The notes: generated by a model not told the origin, from the letters alone. A stretch of DNA of 63,764 nucleotides, filler included, from Chiloscyllium plagiosum (GCF_004010195.1; 5 parts of one record of this genome joined end to end with filler, not necessarily neighbours in it), one strand, 5' to 3'; positions 36,940-49,311 are shown, counted from the first letter of the whole stretch. Program-made: numbers and translations.

Positions 36940-39900
36940 TGGAAGACGTAATAGATGGTTATGATCTACCAATAGTTACAGAGACAAGCAGGAATGAAAC
37001 CTAGAGGAGGATATAGATGTGTATGGTCTGCAGGATATTACAGAGACAAGCAGGAGTGAAATCTGGAAGAAGTATTGATTGTTTATGGACTGCAGAATGT
37101 TATAGAGACAAGCTCGAATGAAATCTTGAGGAGGTCATTGATGTTTATGGTCAGCAGAATGTTACACAGACAAGCAGGAGTGAAATCTGGAAGAGGTAAT
37201 AGATGCTTATGATCTGCAAATGTTGCAGATTCAAGCTGTTGCAGATTCAAGCAGGAGTGAAAAATGGAAGTGGTAATATTTGTTTATAATCTGCCGGAGG
37301 GTACAGAGACAAGTGGGAGTGATATCTGGAAGAGGTAATAGCTGTTTATAATCTGCAGGATGTTGCAGAGGTAAGCAGAAATGAAATCTGGTAGAGGTAA
37401 TAGTTGTTTATGGTCTGCAGTATTTTGCAGAGACAGTAATAGTTGTTTATGGTCTGCAGTATTTTGCAGAGACAACCAGGAGTGAAATCTGGAGGACGTC
37501 ATAGATGTGTATGGTCTGCAGGATGTTATGCAGACGAGCAGGAGTGATATCTGGAAGAGGTTCCATTTGTTTATAGTCTGCAGAACGTTATAGACACAAG
37601 CAGGAGCGGAATCTGGAAGAGGTCATAGTTGTTTATGGTCTGCAGGATGTTACAGAGTCAAGCAGGAGTGAAATCTGGGTGACGATATAGTTCGTTAGGG
37701 TTTCAAAGATTTTACACAGACAATCAGGAGTGAAATCTGGAATAGGTAACAGTTGTTTATGGTCTGCACAGTGTTACAGAGACAAGTAGGAGTGAAATCT
37801 GGAAGAGGTAATAGTTGTTTCTCATCTGAAGGAAATTACAGAAACAATCCAGAATGAAGTCTGTTAGAGGGAAGTTTTGATTAAGATAAGCATGGTGTTA
37901 CAGAAACAAGCGGGAATGAAATCTGGGTGACCTTGAGAGACAAGCCGGAATGAAATCTGTTAGAGATAATAGTTGTTCATGGTCTGTAGGATATTACAGG
38001 GTCAAGCAGGAATGAAATCTGGAATAGGCAATAGCTGTTTATGGTCTGCAAGATGTTACAAAGACAAGCAGGAGTGAAATCTGGAAGAGGTAATAGTTGC
38101 TTATAATCTGCAGGATGTTACAGAGACAAACAGGAGTGTAATATGGAGGAGGTATTAGTTGTTTCTGGTCTGAAGGCTTTTACAGGGACAAGCTGGAATG
38201 AAATCTGGATGAGGTAATAGTTGTTTATAATCTGCACGAAGTGACATAGACAAGTCAGAATGATATCTGGAAGAGGTAATATCTGTTTATTATCTGCAGG
38301 GTGTTACAGTGTCAAGGAGGAGTGAATCCTAGAAGAGGTAATAGTTGTTTATAAACTGCCAGATGGTACAGAAACAAGCATTAGTGTAATCTGGAAGAGG
38401 TAATAGCTGTTTATAATCTGCAGGAATTTACAGAAACAAGCTGGAATGACATCTGGAAGTGGTAAAACTTGTTTATGGTGTGCTGGACGTTACAGGGACA
38501 TGCAGGAATGAAATCTGAAGAGCTCATAGTTGTTTATGGTCTGCAGGATGTTACAAAGACAAGCAGGGTGAAATCTGGAAGAGGTAATAGTTGTTTATAA
38601 TTTGTAGGAAATTACAGAGACAAGCAGGAGTGAAATCTGGAAGTAGTAATAGTGGTTTATGATCTCCTGCATGGTACAGAGACAAGCAGGAACGAAGTCT
38701 GGAAGACGTATACGTTGTTTATTGTTTGCAGTATTTTACAGAGACAAGCCAGAATGAAATCTGGAAGAGGTAATAACTGTTTATGATCTGCAGGATGTTG
38801 CAGAGAAAAGGGGGAGTGAAATCCGGAAGAGGTATTAGTTGTTTATGGTCTGCAGGATTTTACAGAGACAATCAGGAGTGAAATCTAGAATAGGTAATAT
38901 TTGTTTATGATCTGTAGCATGGTACAGAGATAAGCAGGAGTGAAATCTGGAGGACGTAATAGTTGTTTATGGTCTGCAGAATGTTGCAGAGGTAAGCAGG
39001 AGTGAAATCTGGTAGAGGTAATAGTTGTTTATGGTCTGCAGACTGTTGCAGAATCAAGCAGGAGTGAAAAATTGAAGGGGTAATACTTTTAAATGGTCTG
39101 GAGAATGTTACAGAGACTATCAGGAGTGAAATCTGGAAGTGATGATAGTTGTGTATGGTCTTCAGGATGTTACAGAGACAAGCAGGAGTGAAATCTGGGC
39201 GATGATATAGTTCGTTAGGGTTTCAAAGATTTTAGAAGAGAAAGTGAGGTCTGCAGATGCTGGAGATCAGAGCTGGAAATGTGTTGCTGGAAAAGCGCAG
39301 CAGGTCAGGCAGCATCCAGGGAACAGGAGAATCGACGTTTCGGGCATAAGCCCTTCTTCAGGAATCCGAAACGTCGATTCTCCTGTTCCCTGGATGCTGC
39401 CTGACCTGCTGCGCTTTTCCAGCAACACATTTCCAGCGCGTTTCAAAGATTTACACAGACAATCAGGAATGAAATCTGGAAGATGTAATCGTTGTTTATG
39501 GTCTGCAGGATGTTACAGGGTGAAACAGGAGTGAAATATGGAATAGGTAATAGATGTTTATAGCCTACCAGATTTTACAGAGGCAGTCGGGCGTGAAATC
39601 TGGAAGAGGTAATTTTTTTTAAGAGTCTGCAGGATTATGCAGTGACAAGAAGGAGTGAAATCTGGAAGAGCTAATAGTTGTTTATGGTCTGCAGGATGTT
39701 ACAGAAACAATACAGAATGACATCTGTTAGAGAGAAATTTTGATTATGATGAGCTTGGTGTAACAGAAACAAGCAGGAGTGAAATCTGGAGTGAAAGCAG
39801 GAGTGCAAACTTGTTTATGGTCTACAGGATGATACAGAGATAAGCAGGAGTGAAATATGGAAGTGGTAATAGTGGGTTATGATCTGCTGCGTGATACAGA

Positions 39901-40428
39901 GACAAGCAGGAACGAAGTCTGGAAGACCTAAAAGTTGTTTATTGTTTGCAGTATTTTACAGAGACAAGCTGGAATGAAATCTGGAAGAGGTAATACTTGT
40001 TGACGGTCTGCAGGATGGTACAAGGTCAAATCGGAGTGAAATATGGAATAGGTCATAAGTGTTTATAATCTGCAGGATGTTACAGAGTCAAAGAGAAGTG
40101 AAATATGGAAGATGTAAAAGTTGTTTATTGTTTGCAATATTTTACAGGGACAGCAGGAATGAAATCTGGAAGAGGTCATACTTGTTTATGGTCTGCAGGA
40201 TGTTACAGGGTCAAATAGGAGTGGAATATGGAATAAGTCATCGGTCGTTATAATCGGGAGGATGTTACAGAGTAAAGTGGGAGTGAAATCTGGAAGAAGT
40301 ATTAGTTGTTTATGGCCTGCAGGATTTTACAGAGACATTCAGGATTGAAATCTGGAAGAAGTATTAGTTGTTTGTGGCCTGCAGGATGTTACCGAGACAA
40401 TCAGGAGTGAAATTTGGAAGAGGTAATA
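36940..40428 (+). repeat. 62-bp satellite array, right arm (~50 units)
   Basis: Unit ACAGAGACAAGCAGGAGTGAAATCTGGAAGAGGTAATAGTTGTTTATGGTCTGCAGGATGTT; TGAAATCT at 38941 and 39003 gives the 62-bp period. Confidence 0.95.
39233..39439 (-). mobile_element. Penelope pLTR-derived hairpin insertion with hammerhead core
   Basis: Perfect 72-bp inverted repeat 39272-39343 / 39366-39437; flanking GTTTCAAAGATTT repeats at 39220 and 39440. Confidence 0.85.
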
Positions 40429-40429
40429 G

Positions 40430-41198
40430 CAGTCTGACCCACTTGTGGGAAGAAGGCATAGTGTTTCGAGTCCCGTGATAGAATTCTGTAGTTTATTGAT
40501 GTATCCTCAGGCTTCAATATTGGTCACCTGATTTCCTGGAATATCTCACAGATCTAGAATTGGTTGCACTATATTCAATTGTAGACGTTAAAACATTAAT
40601 CACTGCTTTTGGGAGAGTTATCTGTATACTGCCGGGAAATGTTCACCATCTGGTCAGTTGGCCAGAAAACCTGTGAAATGGAATTCCATCTGGAGATTGG
40701 TGAGATTCAGGAAGAGGTCACTTGTTACGGATCTGTCATCCTTTCTACAGACAGGTCAACATGCACCTACAGAGAGATCTGAGCTGTCCCCTCAAGCAAC
40801 AAATTGTCCTCTTCCATGAACAGTGAAAGTAGATGTAATTTTGAGCAAATCAGTTACAATCCTTGTCCAGAATTCCGTGTGAAACAATCTATTTTACTGG
40901 ATTCACCTTTGCCAAGCCTGTGTGTTTTATGGAGTGTTACTAAATTGGAAAAGTTGCAGCTCAATAATTAAATAATCTGTCAGCCAGTTAGGTTTCCAAT
41001 AGAGTGAGGTTATTCCAATATTTCTTTCTTTTGTTTGTATTTTATCGATAGTGTGGAGTAAAGTGTGTTTTGCTTCAAGCCTGGCAGTTTGAACAATTGA
41101 ATTACAATGCCTTACACTTACCTTTAGAGAATTGTTTTAAAAAAGGCCTGTATCATTTTCTTAATATATTTTTGGGGGGTTTGGTTTGTTTCATAACA
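40430..41198 (+). mobile_element. LTR-like fragment adjoining satellite
   Basis: Ends TTCATAACA; AGTAAAGTGTGTTTTGC U5-like region; first ~400 bp duplicated inverted at 31923-32320. Confidence 0.45.
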
Positions 41199-41804
41199 TT
41201 CTCAATGTCTGTCCATAAATGTGCCCCCAGTCCTGAACAATGACATGTACAGAACAGAGGAGGAGACACAGACACATTAATCATCATTAACCCGGACAGG
41301 AGTTATTTAGGAATGATATTCCTTAGACTGGACACTATTGGAGAATGCACATTTCCCGGGAGACTAACAGAGTTCACTGACAGAGAGGGAGCAAAAGAGT
41401 CAGGAACAGAACAACAGGGACAGTTCGCTCTGTTCATTGACCCTTCACCCCTCAGTGAATCCAGTGCCATGAATGACTGCTATTCGTCAGACTGGCAGAA
41501 TGTTATCAGATGCACACACTATCCTTCCACATCATCAATATCGCCCAGCTCCCACCTTGTCTCAGCTCATGTGCACCTCTGCCATCTTCAATATTTTAAT
41601 CGGGGCAGCATTAAGCGCCGTGCTTTGAGCTGAGCTGTCTTACCTTCTGGACTCTCTCTCCAAACGGCTCCAATTCTGCCGATCCCTCTCCGCTTTAAGA
41701 TGCTCCTTGACATCTGCCCCAGTTAATGAGGTAGACCGTCATCTCACCCAACATCCCCTTCCGTGGGTCAACATCTACTCCGGGAGTCCTGTAGATCCTG
41801 GAGA

Positions 41805-41977
41805 GCTGAAACCCAACATGGAGATTGTTGGAGAAACTCAGCAGGCCCGGCAGGATCTGTGGGGAGAAAGCAGAGGGAACTTTTCGAGCCCAGTGATTCT
41901 TCATCAGAACTGAGGGATTCTGATGCTGATGTTGCCAGACTTGCTGAGCTTCGCCAGCTATTTCTGTTTTTATTTCA
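41805..41977. mobile_element. Short palindromic Penelope-derived element
   Basis: TGGAGAAACTCAGCAGG..GGCAG / TGCCAGACTTGCTGAGCTTCGCCA arms; minus strand CTGATGA..CTCGAAA hammerhead-like core. Confidence 0.55.
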
Positions 41978-42049
41978 GCCCCAGTTCAATTGGTGATGAT
42001 GGCGGTGTTGTTAAGTGTGTTTGAGAATAGCGAGCACCAAGCTGGCAGA

Positions 42050-42121
42050 GGGATGTGTGTATAGTGGGCAGCATGGCTGCCTTCCAAGCAGTTGGTATGG
42101 GTTCGGATCTCAGCCATCGCA
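42050..42121 (+). pseudogene. tRNA-Gly(TCC) pseudogene
   Basis: GTATAGTGGGCAGCATGGCTGCCTTCCAAGCAGTTGG..GGGTTCGGATCTCAGCCATCGCA; TCC anticodon intact, acceptor and T stems mismatched. Confidence 0.8.
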
Positions 42122-42660
42122 CGGTGGCAGCTTTAAACCAGGAGATGAAGTCAATGAGATCCATCTGTCAGAAGTTTTCCAAACGTTTGAGGATGGGACA
42201 GCAGCTGCTGTTTTACTTCCAGAGCTGGCAAAACTCTGAGAGATTCTTTAAATGATTATTTCAGCAGTGAGTGATTAATCCAGGAGAGTCAGCATGGGTT
42301 TATCAGTGAAGGTTGTACCTTGTTCAATTTGGGAGAATTTCTTTGAAGGAAAAAAGATTGATCAATGGAGAGAGTGTTTGTGATGGGGATAAAATGGATG
42401 ATAGGAATCGTGCTGCGTTTGCGTGTCTGGAAAAACTCAGTGAGGAGAGTGTTAGACCTTCCGATCTAAGCTGGTTCAAGCATCCTTCAGGTACAGCGTT
42501 GATTGGGCTTCACTGAGACAAACCCGAAACACCATGTGGCTGCTTTCCAAGTCCCTGGCTCTATCTGACAGTGTGTTCAACAAGGGAAACTGACAGGTTA
42601 CATTGATCATGGTGATAGGTAAGGACGGACTGGTGATGCCTGGCAAAGGAACCAATTGTC

Positions 42661-42760
42661 NNNNNNNNNNNNNNNNNNNNNNNNNNNNNNNNNNNNNNNN
42701 NNNNTTAATTAATTAANNNNNNNNNNNNNNNNNNNNNNNNNNNNNNNNNNNNNNNNNNNN
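42661..42760. other. Artificial scaffold spacer
   Basis: N44-TTAATTAATTAA-N44. Confidence 0.97.
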
Positions 42761-43309
42761 TTTGGTTTAACATTTTGGGGACCAGTGTAAATGAACTGGA
42801 GACACTGCACAGGCCAGAGGTCAGTGGAGCAAGAGAAAAAGCCATGCTTCACAAGATAACCAGGTGGAAAGTAGCAAGAGCTGGGTCTCTGCTTCTTCCT
42901 GTATCAGAGGAAGTGATCCAGGGTGTCGACTCCAGCTCTGCTTCTTTGGTTTTCAGCTCTTTCCATCCGAGAAAACAAACAACATTTCTGTTTTCAAAAT
43001 AAAAATCCTTGTAGATGCTGGGATGCTTCTTATCCCAATTATTCATATAATTCTGATTCTCCTACCAGTAGCTGGTGCCAATGGTATTCTGTTCTCCAGC
43101 TGCCTATTCAGAGTGCTCGGGTGATTGGGAGGTGGGAGAGATGGGGTGGGTGAGTGGTGTGGGACAATCTAGACAGATTATATCCATAAACATGATGATT
43201 GCGAACATTCAGTATCTCAGTCCAAGGAACCTGTCTAAAGGATTGGGAGAAAAGTTGGAGACCGTTCCAGGAACTGAGTCTGCATTCAGCACAGGGGTCA
43301 ATGTCATCG

Positions 43310-43793
43310 CTTGACAGCTGATCACATTCGTGTAGAGCTCTGGGCTCAAAACTGCATGAGTTTGTGTGGAACTCTGTTGTCTCACTTTTTGGACTGGAGT
43401 CGGTCTGGGCGTCGGGTCGTGGACGGGGAGCGCGGGGAGCTGGCACCTTCGGCATGTTGTCTGGCTATCGCCATTGTTAATAGCTAACCCGAGAATGCAA
43501 CTTTAACAAAAAGGGTTTTGTGATTTACACATGAAAGAAGTGAAACTGTCACTGTATTCTAACAGATGAAAGGCTTAACAGACAATCAATTCTTCAATGT
43601 ATAATTTCAGTTACATCACACTGCAAATTTTTGCTATAAATTCTGTGTTGCGATCGAGCCCTCCGCGGTCGCCTGGTGGGGGAGCGTCACTCCGGGGGCT
43701 GGTGTGCTTCCGATTGAGCCTGTTGGACTATGGCCTGGTGTTGTGTGATTTTTAACTTTGTCCACCCCAGTCCAACACCGGCATCTCCGAATC
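43310..43793 (+). mobile_element. Penelope pLTR copy with A-to-G hypermutated patches
   Basis: 3' end CTGGTGTTGTGTGATTTTTAACTTTGTCCACCCCAGTCCAACACCGGC matches 16806-16852; upstream As replaced by G. Confidence 0.75.
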
Positions 43794-43794
43794 A

Positions 43795-44135
43795 AGATAA
43801 TCAGAGGGTTAGATAGGGTGGACAGGGAGAGCCTTTTTCAAAGTATGGTGATGGTTAGCACGAGGGGGCATAGCTTTAAATTGAGGGGTGATAGATATAG
43901 GACAGATGTCAGAGGTAGTTTCTTAACTCAGAGTGTAGTAAGGGTATGGAATGCTTTGGCTGCAATGGTAGTAGATTCACCAACTTTAAGTACATTTAAG
44001 TCGTCATTGGACAAGCATATGGATGTACATTGAATAGTGTAGGTTAGATGGACTTCAAATTGGTATGACAGGTCGGCGCAACATCGAGGGCCGAAGGGCC
44101 TGTACTGCGCTGTAATGTTCTATGCTCTATGTTCT
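43795..44135 (+). mobile_element. CR1/HER1 3' end
   Basis: KIIRGLDRVDRESLF..TRGHSFKLRGDRYRTDVRG.F.TQ.VVRVWNAL; (TGTTCTA)n tail. Confidence 0.9.
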
Positions 44136-44427
44136 ATACTCCACACCTTCCCGGGAATTGTCTCAGAAAGTTCCCAATCTCAGTTTTGAGCTTTTGGATA
44201 ACTTCGAACCAAGTCTCAGCATCAAGTGTGTTTGTTTGTGTTTAATTACTGCATCAATCCACATGCTGTTTAAATCTTCCTTTATCAGATTAAAATGGGA
44301 TCTTGATCAGATGGACCAATGGCCTGAGAAGTAGCAGATAGAATTTAATTTACATAAATGTGAGGTGCTGCATTTTGGGAAAGCAAATCAGAGCAGGGCT
44401 TATACATCTTTTCTAAAAAAATTAGCA

Positions 44428-47400
44428 ATTTCTTTTTCACTTTACAAGCATAAAATTATTGAAAATTACAATCAATATGAAATATTAGTATAATAAAGAG
44501 AAAAAAGCACAAATTACAATATAAGTACTGTCTACTAACTACCAACCTACCCTATAATACACAACAATCCCTAACATTGCAAAGCAACACGAATAAATAA
44601 GTACATAACTAATAGATCAAAACAAAAGAATGAAAAGCAAAAGAAAACATAAAAAATAACTCAAAATACAGAACAGCTATGCTAAGCACAAAGCTCCCAA
44701 ACAAACGAACGGGAGCATTGTATATATACCCGTATTAACTCAGGAGACCCCACTCCAGGGCCCAGGGCTTGACAAACCTACCATCCTGGTTAAACAAATG
44801 CTCTAGTTAAGATAACTGACAAATCTATATCCAAATAACTCAAGTAAGGCTGCCATGTTCTTATAAAATGTTTGTTGTGTGGTGCACCATGTTTTTAAAA
44901 AGGTCCAAGGGAACGTGCTCCATAATTAATCTCTGCTATCCCAGCAAGCCCAGCGGGTTCTCAGAGACCCAGTTCATCAGAATATTCTTCCGTGCACAGT
45001 AAGTAAGAATATTAAATAGTTTCTTCCCATGCCCGTCTAAAGATGGTACATTCGGTAGACCAAAGAGGAGAGACATCAGGTCTACTTTATCTTCAGTCCT
45101 CAGTACCCTCCCCATCTCTCCAGCCATGACACGCCAATAAACACAGAGCCTGTGGCATATCCAGAAACAGTGGGTAAGAGCACCTATACTTATTTTACAT
45201 TTGGGGCATATTGGAGATGCCCCTTTGTTAAAACTTCACCAGACAGTCTGACGCCAGATTAACCATGTGCAGAACTTTTAACTGCATAGCACATTTCTTT
45301 TTACAGATTGAGATCTTTCGAGCATTCTCCCATATGTTCTCCCATGTTTCAGAAGAGATCTCTACTCCTAGCTCTTGCTCCCAGATCTGTAGCTGAGTCA
45401 CCGATGGCCACGCAAAATGTGCCACTTCAGTGGCTTTCAACCATGTCTTAAATAGACGCTGCCGTTCCCCCTTCTGTCGTTTTCGGCTCGCCGAATAGGA
45501 AATGGCTAATTCCCTAGCAAAGGCCTTAGCAGTCTCCCATAGCATGGATGGACTACTAACCGTGCCTGAGTTGATAGCCAACAATTCCTGAAGCTCCTTC
45601 AAAAAGTATTCCACAAATTTGGAATTCATAAGAAGAAAACAATCCAAACACCAGTGCCACCAACCTCGCCCTTCACTCTTGGCCTTAACCTTCAAATATA
45701 CTGCCACATGATCATACATAGCTATATTCCCAATTTTACAACCCATAATCGAATCCAGAAGGGCGAAGGGAGACAGAAAGAGATCAATCCTCGTGTGACA
45801 TTTATGTGGGTTTGAAAAAAAAGGTGAAGTCCCTGCCGGTAGGGTGAAGATATCTCCAAATATCCACCAGCCCCAACTCCTCGCATAAGTCAACCACCTA
45901 CTTGGCCTGTGAAGAAATAGGTAGGGGCCAACTATGCGTCATCTCCACTGTCAGATCCAAAAGACAATGAAAATCCACCCCACCCCCCGCTGCCATAATA
46001 ATGTGACGCGTTCCAAAGGCACTCAGTTTAGAGAAAGCACTAATCAAAGATTTGAGGGGATGTGCCAGAGGACAGTAGACATTTAAAATGCCATATTCCT
46101 CCCCATGTGTAGGGCTTTAAGTATCACAAACTGTCCCTGCTCATCTTTCACCTGCTCTAATAATGTGAATAGAAAATTTTGCTGGATAAGTACCGCCACT
46201 CCCCTACTTTTAGAAGTAAAGGATGAAAAGAATACCAGGTCATAACCCTCCTGTTGTATCTTTAGGTGTTCTCCATCATCAAGATGGGTTTCCTGCAACA
46301 AAGCGATATCAACCCTTTCCCTCTTAGGGCTAGAAAGCACTATTCTCCTTTTAACAGGCGAATGACTTCCCTTGATGATCCAGGTGTGTACCATTTAATA
46401 TGACACTTAGACATAACCCCTTTCAGAGTCCCTTGAATGCTTGGAGGGAGAACCTTGTTTATAAAGCGTCAAGCACAAGTTAATAAAGACTCATAGAGTC
46501 GAAGAATTATGTGTACATAAACTACTCTATCAGAACTATTACTACCAAAAAAAAACTACAAAGGAAACCAACTATAAAACACCGAATGGAAGACTCTTCC
46601 CCCCAATCTATAGGGTGCACTCATATTACTCATCCCCTCCTTCACGCCTCCTTCAAGCCCAGACTGTGCCTCAGTCTTAGGCGAGACAAACAAGAACAAG
46701 GAGATGATCCTTAAATCAACATAAAAAAAGACCAAGTCACAATGAGCACTCCACCCATCCCCAGCATCATTTCACTCAAACTTGTGACTAAAAGAGAAAC
46801 AGAACTAATAAAAAAGGAGGGAGACAACAAAGGACATCCACACAATTTCCTGTTATAAAATCCAGTTATTAAAACAAAAAGGAACAACATATTCCAAGTT
46901 TTTTTTCCAAAAAAGAAATTATTAGGGAGAAAGAAAGGGGGAAATAGGAAGGGAAAACTTAGGGAAAGAAGGAAAAGAGAACCAACATTAACCGTGTTCT
47001 TCAGGCCAGTCCATGTATTTTAATGTGTCTACAAAGTTTTTAGCTTTATCGCTGAGTCAAATGTATAAACTGAGTGTTTGTGGCTGAAACGGAGTACTGC
47101 GGGGTACCTCATGGAGGACTGGATGCCCAGGTTCTTCAGCCACTTTTTATCTTCATCGAAGGACTTCCTCTTACGAGTTAAAGCAGCAGAGAAATCCTGG
47201 AAGAACATGATTTTTAACCCCTTGTACAGCAGCGCCTACAGATCATTTCCCAGGGATCTGGAAACTTCTATTAATTTTTGCTTGTCCTTATATGAGTGGG
47301 AGTGCACGAGGACCGAGCGGGGGCGCTGCACTGGGCCTTACCTGTGCACTGTAACCCGATAAGCCCTTTCAATCTGCAGCCTACTGGACTCGATGTGAAG

Positions 47401-47790
47401 GCCCTAAACTTGGGCAGCCAGCTTTCAAAGAAGCTGATTGGCTGCTCACCTTCCTCACCTTCAGGGAGTCCGACAATTCAGAGATTTATCCTCTGACCTC
47501 GATTTTCAAGGACATCGATATGGTCTCGCAAGGCCCGCACCTCTCGCTCCAGCACCTAGATCCGACTGGATGAGGACTCCATCGCAGCTTCCGAGGCCTT
47601 AGCTCGACCCTCCACCTCCTCCAGCCTCTCCCCGAGATCCTGGATCTCCTGCTCGTGCTTCTGCAGCATGGATGTGATAGTTTGGACCTAGGCACGAACC
47701 TCCCCACAGATCTCCTCAATCGCAGCCTCAACTTTCAAGGTAAGTCTCGCCATCACTGCAGCCAATTCCTGTAAATCTGACAGGTCCCTG
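44428..47790 (-). mobile_element. L1-clade LINE with ORF1, endonuclease and C-terminal Cys region but no RT
   Basis: ORF1 coiled coil plus LENRG.R.N..IVGLPEG; ORF2 DIALLQETHL, SRGVAVLI, TRIDLFL, DHVAV; then WEQELG..W, QLKVLH, CPKC..LTHCFW.C. Confidence 0.85.
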
Positions 47791-47793
47791 GGG

Positions 47794-49088
47794 GGAGAAA
47801 GTGACGACTGCAGATGCTGGAGTACCAGCCCTAGCTATGCCTGTCTCTACATCGGATATGTGGGACAGTCCACCTTCCACAGCTGCACAGGCACCACCCC
47901 CCACCTTTTCCTCCGCTACATCGATGAATGTATCGGCGCTACCTCGTGCTCCCACGAGGAGGTTGAACAGTTCATCCACTTTACTAATACCTTCCACCCC
48001 GACCTCAAATTTATCTGGACCATCTCAGACTCCTCCCTCCCCTTCCTACACCTTTCCATTTCTATCTCGGGTGACCGACTCAACACAGACATTTACTACA
48101 AACCGACCAACTCACACAGCTACCTAAATTACACTTCCTCCCACCCTGCCCCCTGTAAAAACGCCATCCCATATTCCCAATTCCTTCGTCTCTGACGCAT
48201 CTGCTTCCAGGAGGACAAATTCCAATACTGAACAACCCAGATGACCTCCTTCTTCAAATACCGCAATTTCTCGCCAGACGTGATCGACGATGCTCTCCAC
48301 CGCATCTCCTCCACTTCCCGCTCCTCCGCCCTTGAACCCCTCCCCTCAAATTGCCACCAGGACAGAACCCCACTGGTCCTCACCTACCACCCCACCAACC
48401 TCCATATACATCGTATCATCCACCGTCATTTCCGCCACCTCCAAACAGACCCCACCACCAGGGATATATTACTCTCCCCCCCTATCAGCGTTCCTGAGAG
48501 ACCACTCCCTCTGCGACTCCCTCGTCAGGTCCACACCCCCCACCAACCCAACCTCCACTCCCGGCACCTTCCCCTGCAACCGCNNNNNNNNNNNNNNNNN
48601 NNNNNNNNNNNNNNNNNNNNNNNNGTTCTTGGCCTCCTCCATCGCTAGACCATGGCAACATGACGCCTGGAGGAAGAGCGCCTCATCTTCTGCCTAGGAA
48701 CCCTCCAACCACACGGGATGAATGCAGATTTCTCCAGCTTCCTCATTTCCCCTCCCCCCACCTTATCTCAGTCCCAACCCTCGGACTCAGCACCACCTTC
48801 CTAACCTGCAATCTTCTTCCCGACCTCTGTGCCCCCACCCCCTCTCCGGCCTATCACCCTCACCTTAACCTCCTTCAACCTATCGCATTCCCAACGCCCC
48901 TCCCTCAAGTCCCTCCTCCCTATCTTTTATCTTAGCCTGCTTGGCACACCTTCCTCATTCCTGAAGAAGGGCTTATGTCCGGAATTTCAATTCTCCCGCT
49001 CCTTGGATGCTGCCTGACCTGCTGCGCTTTTCCAGCACCACATTTTTCAGCTCTGATCTCCAGCATTTGCAGGCCTCACTTTCTCCTA
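47794..49088 (+). mobile_element. Penelope-like element (RT to GIY-YIG, pLTR), pseudogenised
   Basis: FLRYIDECIG, FHPDLKFIW, TDIYYKPTNSHSYL.Y.SSHP..CKNAIPYSQFLRL; 47794-47822 is an inverted copy of the 3' end 49058-49086. Confidence 0.9.
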
Positions 49089-49311
49089 GTTGATATTCAA
49101 CAAGGCAACATCCTCCCTCCCATTTTTAATATTTCTATCTCATGTGTTTTCATTTGTTGGCAAGCATCAGAATCGGAAACAACTGTAATCATGGCGGGAA
49201 GTTCAAGTGGTGCAGAAGTTCCAGCTGCTTCAAACAAATATGAAATGGGTGCAGGGAGGTCAAAATATTGTTTATTTTTTTGATAAACTACTTGCTCTCG
49301 TGCAAGAGTCA

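Noticed and set aside
20730..36972. Long ORFs of 96-233 aa in the ORF track
   Set aside because: They are open only because they run through N gaps.
32315..40428. 62-bp repeats as a CRISPR array
   Set aside because: Head-to-tail monomers with no unique spacers, no cas genes, vertebrate context.
42535..42560. GGCTGCTTTCCAAG as another tRNA-Gly
   Set aside because: 14-nt match only, with no surrounding cloverleaf.
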